A stretch of DNA of 64,000 nt from Camelus dromedarius. Its lineage: Eukaryota. Position 1 is the stretch's first letter, and each line of letters opens with the position of its first letter. Where the stretch lies: contig NC_087436.1 of assembly GCF_036321535.1 (NCBI RefSeq), positions 1,364,001-1,428,000 on the forward strand. Reading direction: 5' to 3'. The translations under genes and the position numbers were made by a program. Positions 36,594 through 51,800 of this stretch are shown in pieces. Under the pieces are notes generated by a model, which ran no database searches, had not been told where the DNA came from, and saw only the letters and a program-made list of their open reading frames with translations.

Positions 36594-39500
36594 TTTGTGT
36601 TCCCAACAAGCTAGGTGAAGGACGGCTTTCACACACATTTATCTCTCAGAACTGAGCAAGTGGAGAGACGTTCGTTCATGTAGCACCAAGGGAACGGGTT
36701 GCAGGAGACACTTTTTCTCTGCTTTCTCAGTCTGTTTCCTAGTGCCTGTTAAAAGTTCCTACTGTTTTCACTGTCAAACCGAGTTGGAGCTAGTACCTCC
36801 CCATATATATGTATGGAATGGAGTTTGCAACTGAAAAGAAACTTTGTGTTCCCAACAAGCTAGGTGAAGGACGGCTTTCACACACACTTATCTCTCAGAA
36901 CTGAGCAAGTGGAGAGACGTTCGTTCATCTAGCACCAAGGGAACGGGTTGCAGGTGACACTTTTTCTCTTCTTTCTCAGTCTATTTCCTAGTGCCGTTTT
37001 GAAGTTCCTGCAGTTTTCACTGTCAAACCGTGTTGGAGCTAGTACCTCCCCTTATATATGTATGAATGGAGTTGGCAACTGAAAAGAAACTTTGTGTTCC
37101 CAACAAGCTAGGTGAAGGACGGCTTTCAAACACACTTATCTCTCAGAACTGAGCAAGTGGAGAGACGTTCTTTCATGTAGCACCAAGGGAACGGGTTGCA
37201 GGAGACACTTTTTCTCTGCTTTCTCAGTCTGTTTCCTAGTGCCGGTTTGAAGTTCCTGCAGTTTTCACTGTAAAACCGTGTTGGAGCTTGTACCTCCCCA
37301 TATATATGTATGGAATGGAGTTTGCAACTGAAAAGAAACTTTGTGTTCCCAACAAGCTAAGTGAAGGACGGCTTTCACACACACTTATCTCTCAGAACAG
37401 AGCAAGTGGAGAGACGTTCGTTCATCTAGCACCAAGGGAACGGGTTGCAGGAGACACTTTTTCTCTGCTTTCTCAGTCTGTTTCCTAGTGCCGGTTTGAA
37501 GTTCCTGCAGTTTTCACTGTCAAACCGAGTTGGAGCTAGTACCTCCCCATATATATGTATGGAACTGAGTTGGCAACTGAAAAGAAACTTTGTGTTCCCA
37601 ACAAGCTAGGTGAAGGACGGCTTTCACACACACTTATCTCTCAGAACTGAGCAAGTGGAGAGACGTTCTTTCATGTAGCACCAAGGGAACGGGTTGCAGG
37701 AGACACTTTTTCTCTGCTTCCTCAGTCTGTTTCCTAGTGCCGGTTAGATGTTCCTGCAGTTTTCACTGTAAAACCGAGTTGGAGCTTGTACCTCCCCATA
37801 TATATGTATGGAATGGAGTTTGCAACTGAAAAGAAACTTTGTGTTCCCAACAAGCTAGGTGAAGGACGGCTTTCACACACACTTATCTCTCAGAACTGAG
37901 CAAGTGGAGAGACTTTCGTTCATGTAGCACAAAGGGAACGGGTTGCAGGAGACACTTTTTCTCTGCTTTCTCAGTCTGTTTCCTAGTGCCGGTTTGAAGT
38001 TCCTGCAGTTTTCACTGTGAAACCGAGTTGGAGCTTCTACCTCCCCATATATATGTATGGAATGGAGTTTGCAACTGAAAAGAAACTTTGTGTTCCCAAC
38101 AAGCTAGGTGAAGGACGGCTTTCACACACACTTATCTCTCAGAACTGAGCATGTGGAGAGACGTTCGTTCATCTAGCACCAAGGGAACGGGTTGCAGGAG
38201 ACACTTTTTCTCTGTTTTCTCAGTCTGTTTCCTAGTGCCGGTTTGAAGTTCCTGCAGTTTTCACTGTGAATCAGAGTTGGAGCTTCTACCTCCCCATATA
38301 TATGTATGGAATGGAGTTTGCAACTGAAAAGTAACTTTGTGTTCCCTACAAGCAAGGTGAAGGACGGCTTTCACACACACTTATCTCTCAGAACTGAGCT
38401 AGTGGAGAGACGTTCGTTCATCTAGCACCAAGGGAACGGGTTGCAGGAGACAGTTTTTCTCTGCTTTCTCAGTCTGTTTCCTAGTGCCGGTTTGAAGTTC
38501 CTGCAGTTTTCACTGTCAAACCGAGTTGGAGCTAGTACCTCCCCATATATATGTATGGAATGGAGTTTGCAACTGAAAAGAAACTTTGTGTTCCCAACAA
38601 GCTAGGTGAAGGACGGCTTTCACACACACTTATCTCTCAGAACTGAGCAAGTGGAGAGACGTTCGTTCATCCAGCACCAAGGGAACGGGTTGCAGGAGAC
38701 ACGTTTTCTCGGCTTTCTCAGTCTGTTTCCTAGTGCCGGTTTGAAGTTCCTGCAGTTATCACTGTAAAACCGAGTTGGAGCTTGTACCTCCCCATATATA
38801 TGTATGGAATGGAGTTTGCAACTGAAAAGAAACTTTGTGTTCCCAACAAGCTAGGTGAAGGACGGCTTTCACACACACATATCTCTCAGAACTGAGCAAG
38901 TGGAGAGCCGTTCGTTCATCTAGCACCAAGGGAACGGGTTGCAGGAGACACTTTTTCTCTGCTTTCTCAGTGTGTTTCCTAGTGCCGGTTTGAAGTTCCT
39001 GCAGTTTTCACTGTAAAACCGAGTTGGAGCTAGTACCTCCCCATATATATGTATGGAATGGAGTTTGCAACTGAAAAGAAACTTTGTGTTCCCAACAAGC
39101 TAGTTGAAGGACGGCTTTCACACACACTTATCTCTCAGAACTGAGCAAGTGGAGAGAAGTTCGTTCATCTAGCACCAAGGGAACGGGTTGCAGGAGACAC
39201 TTTTTCTCTGCTTTCTCAGTCTGTTTCCTAGTGCCGGTTTGAAGTTCCTGCAGTTTTCACTGTCAAACCGAGTTGGAGCTAGAACCTCCCCATATATATG
39301 TATGGAATTGATTTGGCAACTGAAAAGAAACTTTGTGTTCCCAACAAGGTAGTTGAAGGACGGCTTTCACACACACTTATCTCTCAGAACTGAGCAAGTG
39401 GAGAGACGTTCTTTCATGTAGCACCAAGGGAAGGGGTTGCAGGAGACACTTTTTCTCTGCTTCCTCAGTCTCTTTCCTAGTGCCGGTTTGAAGTTCCTGC

Positions 39501-42500
39501 AGTTTTCACTGTAAAATCGAGTTGGAGCTTGTACCTCCCCATATATATGTATGGAATGGAGTTTGCAACTGAAAAGAAACTTTGTGTTCCCAACAAGCTA
39601 GGTGAAGGACGGCTTTCACACACACTTATCTCTCAGAACTGAGCAAGTGGAGAGACTTTCATTCATGTAGCACAAAGGGAACGGGTTGCAGGAGACACTA
39701 TTTCTCTGCTTTCTCAGTCTGTTTCCTAGTGCCGGTTTGAAGTTCCTGCAGTTTTCACTCTCAAACAGAGTTGGAGCTAGTACCTCCCCATATATATGTA
39801 TGGAATTGAGTTGGCAACTGAAAAGAAACTTTGTGTTCCCAACAATCTAGGTGAAGGACGGCTTTCACACACACTTATCTCTCAGAACTGAGCAAGTGGA
39901 GAGACGTTCTTTCATGTAGCACCAAGGGAACGGGTTGCAGGAGACACTTTTTCTCTGCTTCCTCAGTCTGTTTCCTAGTGCCGGTTTGAAGTTCCTGCAG
40001 TTTTCACTGTAAAACCGAGTTGGAGCTTCTACCTCCCCATATATATGTATGGAATGGAGTTTGCAACTGAAAAGAAACTTTGTGTTCCCAACAAGCTAGG
40101 TGAAGGACGGCTTTCACACACACTTATCTCTCAGAACTGAGCAAGTGGAGAGACGTTCGTTCATCTAGCACCAAGGGAACGGGTTGCAGGAGACACTTTT
40201 TCTCTGTTTTCTCAGTCTGTTTCCTAGTGCCGGTTTGAAGTTCCTGCAGTTTTCACTGTGAATCCGAGTTGGAGCTTCTACCTCCCCATATATATGTATG
40301 GAATGGAGTTTGCAACTGAAAAGAAACTTTGTGTTCCCAACAAGCTAGGTGAAGGACGGCTTTCACACACACTTATCTCTCAGAACTGAGCAAGTGGAGA
40401 GACGTTCGTTCATCTAGCACCAAGGGAACGGGTTGCAGGAGACACTTTTTCTCTGTTTTCTCAGTCTGTTTCCTAGTGCCTGTTTGAAGTTCCTGCAGTT
40501 TTCACTGTGAATCCGAGTTGGAGCTTCTACCTCCCCATATATATGTATGGAATGGAGTTTGCAACTGAAAAGTAACTTTGTGTTCCCTACAAGCAAGGTG
40601 AAGGACGGCTTTCACACACACTTATCTCTCAGAACTGAGCAAGTGGAGAGACGTTCGGTCATCTAGCACCAAGGGAATGGGTTGCAGGAGAAACTTTTTC
40701 TCTGCATTCTCAGTCTGTTTCCTAGTGCCGGTTTGAAGTTCCTGCAGTTTTCACTGTCAAACCGAGTTGGAGCTAGTACCTCCCCATATATATGTATGGA
40801 ATGGAGTTTGCAACTGAAAAGAAACTTTGTGTTCCCAACAAGCTAGGTGAAGGACGGCTTTCACACACATTTATCTCTCAGAAGTGAGCAAGTGTAGAGA
40901 CGTTCGTTCATCTAGCACCAAGGGAACGGGTTGCAGGAGACACTTTTTCTCTGCTTTCTCAGTCTGTTTCCTAGTGCCTGTTAGAAGTTCCTGCAGTTTT
41001 CACTGTCAAACCGAGTTGGAGCTAGTACCTTCCCATATATATGTATGGAATGGAGTTTGCAACTGAAAAGAAACTTTGTGTTCCCAACAAGCTAGGTGAA
41101 GGGCGGCTTTCACACACACTTATCTCTCAGAACTGAGCAAGTGGAGAGACGTTCGTTCATCTAGCAGCAAGGGAACGGGTTGCAGGTGACACTTTTCTCT
41201 GCTTTCTCAGTCTATTTCCTAGTGCCGTTTTGAAGTTCCTGCAGTTTTCACTGTCAAACTGTGTTGGAGCTAGTACCTCCCCTTATATATGTATGGAATG
41301 GAGTTGGCAACTGAAAAGAAACTTTGTGTTCCCAACAAGCTAGGTGAAGGACGGCTTTCACACACACTTATCTCTCAGAACTGAGCAAGTGGAGAGACGT
41401 TCTTTCATGTAGCACTAAGGGAACGGGTTGCAGGAGACACTTTTTCTCTGCTTTCTCAGTCTGTTTCCTAGTGCCGGTTTGAAGTTCCTGCAGTTTTCAC
41501 TGTAAAACCGTGTTGGAGCTTGTACCTCCCCATATATATGTATGGAATGGAGTTTGCAACTGAAAAGAAACTTTGTGTTCCCAACAAGCTAGGTGAAGGA
41601 CGGCTTTCACACACACTTATCTCTCAGAACTGATCAAGTGGAGAGACGTTCGTTCATCTAGCACCAAGGGAACGGGTTGCAGGAGACACTTTTTCTCCGC
41701 TTTCTCAGTCTGTTTCCTAGTGCCGGTTTGAAGTTCCTGCAGTTTTCACTGTAAAACCGAGTTGGAGCTTCTACCTCCCCATATATATGTATGGAATGGA
41801 GTTTGCAACTGAAAAGAAACTTTGTGTTCCCAACAAGCTAGGTGAAGGACGGCTTTCACACACACTTATCTCTCAGAACTGAGCAAGTGGAGAGACTTTC
41901 GTTCATGTAGCACAAAGGGAACGGGTTGCAGGAGACACTTTTTCTCTGCTTTCTCAGTCTGTTTCCTAGTGCCGGTTTGAAGTTCCTGCAGTTTTCACTC
42001 TCAAACCAAGTTGGAGCTAGTACCTCCCCATATATATGTATGGAATTGAGTTGGCAACTGAAAAGAAACTTTGTGTTCCCAACAATCTAGGTGAAGGACG
42101 GCTTTCACACACACTTATCTCTCAGAACTGAGCAAGTGGAGAGACGTTCTTTCATGTAGCACCAAGGGAACGGGTTGCAGGAGACACTTTTTCTCTGCTT
42201 CCTCAATATGTTTCCTAGTGCCGGTTTGAAGTTCCTGCAGTTTTCACTGTAAAACCGAGTTGGAGCTTCTACCTCCCCATATATATGTATGGAATGGAGT
42301 TTGCAACTGAAAAGAAACTTTGTGTTCCCAACAAGCTAGGTGAAGAGCGGCTTTCACACACACTTATCTCTCAGAACTGAGCAAGTGGAGAGACGTTCGT
42401 TCATCTAGCACCAAGGGAACGGGTTGCAGGAGACACTTTTTCTCTGCTTTCTCAGTCTGTTTCCTAGTGCCGGTTTGAAGTTCCTGCAGTTTTCACTGTG

Positions 42501-45050
42501 AAACCGAGTTGGAGCTTCTACCTCCCCATATATATGTATGGAATGGAGTTTGCAACTGAAAAGAAACTTTGTGTTCCCAACAAGCTAGGTGAAGGACGGC
42601 TTTCACACACACTTATCTCTCAGAACTGAGCAAGTGGAGAGACGTTCGTTCATCTAGCACCAAGGGAACGGGTTGCAGGAGACACTTTTTCTCTGTTTTC
42701 TCAGTCTGTTTCCTAGTGCCGGTTTGAAGTTCCTGCAGTTTTCACTGTGAATCAGAGTTGGAGCTTCTACCTCCCCATATATATGTATGGAATGGAGTTT
42801 GCAACTGAAAGTAACTTTGTGTTCCCTACAAGCAAGGTGAAGGACGGCTTTCACACACACTTATCTCTCAGAACTGAGCAAGTGGAGAGACGTTCGTTCA
42901 TCTAGCACCAAGGGAACGGGTTGCAGGAGACACTTTTTCTCTGCTTTCTCAGTCTGTTTCCTAGTGCCGGTTTGAAGTTCCTGCAGTTTTCACTGTCAAA
43001 CCGTGTTGGAGCTAGTACCTCCCCATATATAAGTATGGAATGGAGTTTGCAACTGAAAAGAAACTTTGTGTTCCCAACAAGCTAGGTGAAGGACGGCTTT
43101 CACACACATTTATCTCTCAGAACTGAGCAAGTGGAGAGACGTTCGTTCATGTAGCACCAAGGGAACGGGTTGCAGGAGACACTTTTTCTCTGCTTTCTCA
43201 GTCTGTTTCCTAGTGCCTGTTAGAAGTTCCTACAGTTTTCACTGTCAAACCGAGTTGGAGCTAGTACCTCCCCATATATATGTATGGAATGGAGTTTGCA
43301 ACTGAAAAGAAACTTTGTGTTCCCAACAAGCTAGGTGAAGGACGGCTTTCACACACATTTATCTCTCAGAACTGAGCAAGTGGAGAGACGTTCGTTCATC
43401 TAGCACCAAGGGAACGGGTTGCAGGTGACACTTTTTCTCTTCTTTCTCAGTCTATTTCCTAGTGCCGTTTTGAAGTTCCTGCAGTTTTCACTGTCAAACC
43501 GTGTTGGAGCTAGTACCTCCCCTTATATATGTATGAATGGAGTTGGCAACTGAAAAGAAACTTTGTGTTCCCAACAAGCTAGGTGAAGGACGGCTTTCAC
43601 ACACACTTATCTCTCAGAACTGAGCAAGTGGAGAGACGTTCTTTCATGTAGCACCAAGGGAACGGGTTGCAGGAGACACTTTTTCTCTGCTTTCTCAGTC
43701 TGTTTCCTAGTGCCGGTTTGAAGTTCCTGCAGTTTTCACTGTAAAACCGAGTTGGAGCTTGTACCTCCCCATATATATGTATGGAATGGAGTTTGCAACT
43801 GAAAAGAAACTTTGTGTTCCCAACAAGCTAGGTGAAGGACGGCTTTCACACACACTTATCTCTCAGAACAGAGCAAGTGGAGAGACGTTCGTTCATCTAG
43901 CACCAAGGGAACGGTTTGCAGGAGACACTTTTTCTCTGCTTTCTCAGTCTGTTTCCTAGTGCCGGTTTGAAGTTCCTGCAGTTTTCACTGTCAAACCGAG
44001 TTGGAGCTAGTACCTCCCCATATATATGTATGGAACTGAGTTGGCAACTGAAAAGAAACTTTGTGTTCCCAACAAGCTAGGTGAAGGACGGCTTTCACAC
44101 ACACTTATCTCTCAGAACTGAGCAAGTGGAGAGACGTTCTTTCATGTAGCACCAAGGGAACGGGTTGCAGGAGACACTTTTTCTCTGCTTCCTCAGTCTG
44201 TTTCCTAGTGCCGGTTTGATGTTCCTGCAGTTTTCACTGTAAAACCGAGTTGGAGCTTGTACCTCCCCATATATATGTATGGAATGGAGTTTGCAACTGA
44301 AAAGAAACTTTGTGTTCCCAACAAGCTAGGTGAAGGACGGCTTTCACACACACTTATCTCTCAGAACTGAGCAAGTGGAGAGACTTTCGTTCATGTAGCA
44401 CAAAGGGAACGGGTTGCAGGAGACACTTTTTCTCTGCTTTCTCAGTCTGTTTCCTAGTGCCGGTTTGAAGTTCCTGCAGTTTTCACTGTGAAACCGAGTT
44501 GGAGCTTCTACCTCCCCATATATATGTATGGAATGGAGTTTGCAACTGAAAAGAAACTTTGTGTTCCCAACAAGCTAGGTGAAGGACGGCTTTCACACAC
44601 ACTTATCTCTCAGAACTGAGCATGTGGAGAGACGTTCGTTCATCTAGCACCAAGGGAACGGGTTGCAGGAGACACTTTTTCTCTGTTTTCTCAGTCTGTT
44701 TCCTAGTGCCGGTTTGAAGTTCCTGCAGTTTTCACTGTGAATCAGAGTTGGAGCTTCTACCTCCCCATATATATGTATTGAATGGAGTTTGCAACTGAAA
44801 AGTAACTTTGTGTTCCCTACAAGCAAGGTGAAGGACGGCTTTCACACACACTTATCTCTCAGAACTGAGCTAGTGGAGAGACGTTCGTTCATCTAGCACC
44901 AAGGGAACGGGTTGCAGGAGACAGTTTTTCTCTGCTTTCTCAGTCTGTTTCCTAGTGCCGGTTTGAAGTTCCTGCAGTTTTCACTGTCAAACCGAGTTGG
45001 AGCTAGTACCTCCCCATATATATGTATGGAATGGAGTTTGCAACTGAAAA
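35520..45050. repeat. Non-adjacent duplication of a ~12-monomer block (about 35520-38580 and 41990-45050; offset 6470-6471)
   Basis: Shared ordered markers: CTCTCAAACCAAG, GAAGAGCGG, GAAAGTAAC, ATAAGTATG, CTCTTCTTT, GGAACTGAG, GAGCATGTG, GAGCTAGTGG/ACAGTTTT. ORF pairs are 36184/42654, 37288/43759 and 38173/44644. Confidence 0.88.
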
Positions 45051-45824
45051 GAAACTTTGTGTTCCCAACAAGCTAGGTGAAGGACGGCTTTCACACACAT
45101 TTATCTCTCAGAACTGAGCAAGTGGAGAGACGTTCGTTCATGTAGCACCAAGGGAACGGGTTGCAGGAGACACTTTTTCTCTGCTTTCTCAGTCTGTTTC
45201 CTAGTGCCTGTTAGAAGTTCCTGCAGTTTTCACTGTCAAACCGAGTTGGAGCTAGTACCTCCCCATATATATGTATGGAATGGAGTTTGCAACTGAAAAG
45301 AAACTTAGTGTTCCCAACAAGCTAGATGAAGGACGGCTTTCACACACACTTATCTCTCAGAACTGAGCAAGTGGAGAGACGTTCGTTCATCTAGCACCAA
45401 GGGAACGGGTTGCAGGAGACACTTTTTCTCTGCTTTCTCAGTGTGTTTCCTAGTGCCGGTTTGAAGTTCCTGCAGTTTTCACTGTAAAACCGAGTTGGAG
45501 CTTGTACCTCCCCATATATATGTATGGAATGGAGTTTGCAACTGAAAAGAAACTTTGTGTTCCCAACAAGCTAGTTGAAGGACGGCTTTCACACACACTT
45601 ATCTCTCAGAACTGAGCAAGTGGAGAGAAGTTCGTTCATCTAGCACCAAGGGAACGGGTTGCAGGAGACACTTTTTCTCTGCTTTCTCAGTCTGTTTCCT
45701 AGTGCCGGTTTGAAGTTCCTGCAGTTTTCACTGTCAAACCGAGTTGGAGCTAGTACCTCCCCATATATATGTATGGAATTGAGTTTGCAACTGAAAAGAA
45801 AGTTTGTGTTCCCAACAAGCTAGT

Positions 45825-48800
45825 TGAAGGACGGCTTTCACACACACTTATCTCTCAGAACTGAGCAAGTGGAGAGACGTTCGTTCATCTAGCACCAAGG
45901 GAACGGGTTGCAGGAGACACTTTTTCTCTGCTTCCTCAGTCTGTTTCCTAGTGCCGGTTTGAAGTTCCTGCAGTTTTCACTGTAAAACCGAGTTGGAGCT
46001 AGTACCTGCCATATATATGTATGGAATTGAGTTTGCAACTGAAAAGAAACTTTGTGTTCCCAACAAGCTAGGTGAAGGACGGCTTTCACACACACTTATC
46101 TCTCAGAACTGAGCAAGTGGAGAGACGTTCGTTCATCTAGCACCAAGGGAACGGGTTGCAGGAGACACTTATTCTCTGCTTTCTGTCTGTTTCCTAGTGC
46201 CTGTTTGAAGTTCCTGCAGTTTTCACTGTGAAACCGAGTTGGAGCTAGTACCTCCCCATATATATGTATGGAATGGAGTTTGCAACTGAAAAGAAAGTTT
46301 GTGTTCCCAACAAGCTAGGTGAAGGTCGGCTTTCACACACACTTATCTCTCAGAACTGAGCAAGTGGAGAGACGTTCGTTCATCTAGCACCAAGGGAACG
46401 GGTTGCAGGGACACTTTTTCTCTGCTTTCTCAGTCTGTTTCCTAGTGCCGGTTTGAAGTTCCTGCAGTTTTCACTGTCAAACCGAGTTGGAGCTAGTTCC
46501 TCCCCATAGATATGTATGGAATGGAGTTTGCAACTGAAAACAAACTTTGTGTTCCCAACAAGCTAGGTGAAGGATGGCTTTCACACACACTTATCTCTCA
46601 GAAATGAGCAAGTGGAGAGACGTTCGTTCATCTAGCACCAAGGGAACGGGTAGCAGGAGACACTTTTTCTCTGCTTTCTCAGTCTGTTTCCTAGTGCCGG
46701 TTTGAAGTTCCTGCAGTTTTCACTGTAAAACCGAGTTGGAGCTAGTACCTCCCCATATATATGTATGGAATGGAGTTTGCAACTGAAAAGAAACTTTGTG
46801 TTCCCAACAAGCTAGGTGAAGGACGGCTTTCACACACACTTATCTCTCAGAACTGAGCAAGTGGAGAGACGTTCGTTCATCTAGCAGCAAGGGAACGGTT
46901 TGCAGGAGACACTTTTTCTCTGCTTTCTCAGTCTGTTTCCAAGTGCCGGTTTAAAGTTCCTGCAGTTTTCACTGTCAAACCGAGTTGGAGCTAGTACCTC
47001 CCCATATATATGTATGGAATTGAGTTGGCAACTGAAAAGAAACTTTGTGTTCCCAACAAGCTAGGTGAAGGACGGCTTTCACACACATTTATCTCTCAGA
47101 ACTGAGCAAGTGGAGAGACGTTCTTTCATTTAGCACCAAGGGAACGGGTTGCAGGAGGCACTTTTTCTCTGCTTCCTCAGTCTGTTTCCTAGTGCCGGTT
47201 TGAAGTTCCTGCAGTTTTCACTGTAAAACCGAGTTGGAGCTTGTACCTCCCCATATATATGTATGGAATGGAGTTTGCAACTGAAAAGAAACTTTGTGTT
47301 CCCAACAAGCTAGGTGAAGGACGGCTTTCACACACACTTATCTCTCAGAACTGAGCAAGTGGAGAGACGTTCGTTCATCTAGCACCAAGGGAACGGGTAG
47401 CAGGAGACACTTTATCTCTGCTTTCTCAGTCTGTTTCCTAGTGCCGGTTTAAAGTTCCTGCAGTTTTCACTGTAAAACAGAGTTGGAGCTAGTACCTCCC
47501 CATATATATGTATGGAATGGAGTTTGCAACTGAAAAGAAACTTTGTGTTCCCAACAAGCTGGTGAAGGACGGCTTTCACACACACTTATCTCTCAGAACT
47601 GAGCAAGTGGAGAGACGTTCGTTCATCTAGCACCAAGGGAACGGGTTGCAGGAGACACTTTTTCTCTGCTTTCTCAGTCTGTTTCCTAGTGCCGGTTTGA
47701 AGTTCCTGCAGTTTTCACTGTGAAACCGAGTTGGAGCTTCTTCCTTCCCATATATATGTATGGAATGGAGTTTGCAACTGAAAAGAAACTTTGTGTTCCC
47801 AACAAGCTAGGTGAAGGACGGCTTTCACACACACTTATCTCTCAGAACAGAGCAATTGGAGAGACGTTCGTTCATCTAGCACCAAGGGAACGGGTAGCAG
47901 GAGACACTTTATCTCTGCTTTCTCAGTCTGTTTCCTAGTGCCGGTTTAAAGTTCCTGCAGTTTTCACTGTAAAACAGAGTTGGAGCTAGTACCTCCCCAT
48001 ATATATGTATGGAATGGAGTTTGCAACTGAAAAGAAACTTTGTGTTCCCAACAAGCTGGTGAAGGACGGCTTTCACACACACTTATCTCTCAGAACTGAG
48101 CAAGTGGAGAGACGTTCGTTCATCTAGCACCAAGGGAACGGGTTGCAGGAGACACTTTTTCTCTGCTTTCTCAGTCTGTTTCCTAGTGCCGGTTTGAAGT
48201 TCCTGCAGTTTTCACTGTGAAACCGAGTTGGAGCTTCTTCCTTCCCATATATATGTATGGAATGGAGTTTGCAACTGAAAAGAAACTTTGTGTTCCCAAC
48301 AAGCTAGGTGAAGGACGGCTTTCACACACACTTATCTCTCAGAACAGAGCAATTGGAGAGACGTTCGTTCATCTAGCACCAAGGGAACGGGTTGCAGGAG
48401 ACACTTTTTCTCTGTTTTCTCAGTCTGTTTCCTAGTGCCGGTTTGAAGTTCCTGCAGTTTTCACTGTGAATCCGAGTTGGAGCTTCTACCTCCCCATATA
48501 TATGTATGGAATGGAGTTTGCAACTGAAAAGTAACTTTGTGTTCCCTACAAGCAAGGTGAAGGACGGCATTCACACACACTTATCTCTCAGAACTGAGCA
48601 AGTGGAGAGACGTTCGTTCATCTAGCACCAAGGGAAAGGGTTGCAGGAAACACTTTTTCTCTGCTTTCTCAGTCTGTTTCCTAGTGCCGGTTTGAAGTTC
48701 CTGCAGTTTTCACTGTCAAACCGAGTTGGAGCTAGTACCTCCCCATATATATGTATGGAATGGAGTTTGCAACTGAAAAGAAACTTTGTGTTCCCAACAA

Positions 48801-51800
48801 GCTAGATGAAGGACGGCTTTCACACACATTTATCTCTCAGAACTGAGCAAGTGGAGAGACGTTCGTTCATGTAGCACCAAGGGAACGGGTTGCAGGAGAC
48901 ACTTTTTCTCTGCTTTCTCAGTCTGTTTCCTAGTGCCTGTTAGAAGTTCCTGCAGTTTTCACTGTCAAACCGTGTTGGAGCTAGTACCTCCCCATATATA
49001 TGTATGGAATGGAGTTTGCAACTGAAAAGAAACTTTGTGTTCCCAACAAGCTAGGTGAAGGACGGCTTTCACACACACTTATCTCTCAGAACTGAGCAAG
49101 TGGAGAGACGTTCGTTCATCTAGCACCAAGGGAACGGGTTGCAGGAGACACTTTATCTCTGCTTTCTCAGTCTGTTTCCTAGTGCCGGTTTAAAGTTCCT
49201 GCAGTTTTCACTGTAAAACCGAGTTGGAGCTAGTACCTCCCCATATATATGTATGGAATGGAGTTTGCAACTGAAAAGAAACTTTGTGTTCCCAACAAGC
49301 TAGGTGAAGGACGGCTTTCACACACACTTATCTCTCAGAACTGAGCAAGTGGAGAGACGTTCGTTCATCTAGCACCAAGGGAACGGGTAGCAGGAGACAC
49401 TTTATCTCTGCTTTCTCAGTCTGTTTCCTAGTGCCGGTTTAAAGTTCCTGCAGTTTTCACTGTAAAACAGAGTTGGAGCTAGTACCTCCCCATATATATG
49501 TATGGAATGGAGTTTGCAACTGAAAAGAAACTTTGTGTTCCCAACAAGCTGGTGAAGGACGGCTTTCACACACACTTATCTCTCAGAACTGAGCAAGTGG
49601 AGAGACGTTCGTTCATCTAGCACCAAGGGAACGGGTTGCAGGAGACACTTTTTCTCTGCTTCCTCAGTCTGTTTCCTAGTGCCGGTTTGAAGTTCCTGCA
49701 GTTTTCACTGTAAAACCGAGTTGGAGCTAGTACCTGCCATATATATGTATGGAATTGAGTTTGCAACTGAAAAGAAACTTTGTGTTCCCAACAAGCTAGG
49801 TGAAGGACGGCTTTCACACACACTTATCTCTCAGAACTGAGCAAGTGGAGAGACGTTCGTTCATCTAGCACCAAGGGAACGGGTTGCAGGAGACACTTAT
49901 TCTCTGCTTTCTGTCTGTTTCCTAGTGCCTGTTTGAAGTTCCTGCAGTTTTCACTGTGAAACCGAGTTGGAGCTAGTACCTCCCCATATATATGTATGGA
50001 ATGGAGTTTGCAACTGAAAAGAAAGTTTGTGTTCCCAACAAGCTAGGTGAAGGTCGGCTTTCACACACACTTATCTCTCAGAACTGAGCAAGTGGAGAGA
50101 CGTTCGTTCATCTAGCACCAAGGGAACGGGTTGCAGGGACACTTTTTCTCTGCTTTCTCAGTCTGTTTCCTAGTGCCGGTTTGAAGTTCCTGCAGTTTTC
50201 ACTGTCAAACCGAGTTGGAGCTAGTTCCTCCCCATAGATATGTATGGAATGGAGTTTGCAACTGAAAACAAACTTTGTGTTCCCAACAAGCTAGGTGAAG
50301 GATGGCTTTCACACACACTTATCTCTCAGAAATGAGCAAGTGGAGAGACGTTCGTTCATCTAGCACCAAGGGAACGGGTAGCAGGAGACACTTTTTCTCT
50401 GCTTTCTCAGTCTGTTTCCTAGTGCCGGTTTGAAGTTCCTGCAGTTTTCACTGTAAAACCGAGTTGGAGCTAGTACCTCCCCATATATATGTATGGAATG
50501 GAGTTTGCAACTGAAAAGAAACTTTGTGTTCCCAACAAGCTAGGTGAAGGACGGCTTTCACACACACTTATCTCTCAGAACTGAGCAAGTGGAGAGACGT
50601 TCGTTCATCTAGCAGCAAGGGAACGGTTTGCAGGAGACACTTTTTCTCTGCTTTCTCAGTCTGTTTCCAAGTGCCGGTTTAAAGTTCCTGCAGTTTTCAC
50701 TGTCAAACCGAGTTGGAGCTAGTACCTCCCCATATATATGTATGGAATTGAGTTGGCAACTGAAAAGAAACTTTGTGTTCCCAACAAGCTAGGTGAAGGA
50801 CGGCTTTCACACACATTTATCTCTCAGAACTGAGCAAGTGGAGAGACGTTCTTTCATTTAGCACCAAGGGAACGGGTTGCAGGAGGCACTTTTTCTCTGC
50901 TTCCTCAGTCTGTTTCCTAGTGCCGGTTTGAAGTTCCTGCAGTTTTCACTGTAAAACCGAGTTGGAGCTTGTACCTCCCCATATATATGTATGGAATGGA
51001 GTTTGCAACTGAAAAGAAACTTTGTGTTCCCAACAAGCTAGGTGAAGGACGGCTTTCACACACACTTATCTCTCAGAACTGAGCAAGTGGAGAGACGTTC
51101 GTTCATCTAGCACCAAGGGAACGGGTAGCAGGAGACACTTTATCTCTGCTTTCTCAGTCTGTTTCCTAGTGCCGGTTTAAAGTTCCTGCAGTTTTCACTG
51201 TAAAACAGAGTTGGAGCTAGTACCTCCCCATATATATGTATGGAATGGAGTTTGCAACTGAAAAGAAACTTTGTGTTCCCAACAAGCTGGTGAAGGACGG
51301 CTTTCACACACACTTATCTCTCAGAACTGAGCAAGTGGAGAGACGTTCGTTCATCTAGCACCAAGGGAACGGGTTGCAGGAGACACTTTTTCTCTGCTTT
51401 CTCAGTCTGTTTCCTAGTGCCGGTTTGAAGTTCCTGCAGTTTTCACTGTGAAACCGAGTTGGAGCTTCTTCCTTCCCATATATATGTATGGAATGGAGTT
51501 TGCAACTGAAAAGAAACTTTGTGTTCCCAACAAGCTAGGTGAAGGACGGCTTTCACACACACTTATCTCTCAGAACAGAGCAATTGGAGAGACGTTCGTT
51601 CATCTAGCACCAAGGGAACGGGTAGCAGGAGACACTTTATCTCTGCTTTCTCAGTCTGTTTCCTAGTGCCGGTTTAAAGTTCCTGCAGTTTTCACTGTAA
51701 AACAGAGTTGGAGCTAGTACCTCCCCATATATATGTATGGAATGGAGTTTGCAACTGAAAAGAAACTTTGTGTTCCCAACAAGCTGGTGAAGGACGGCTT

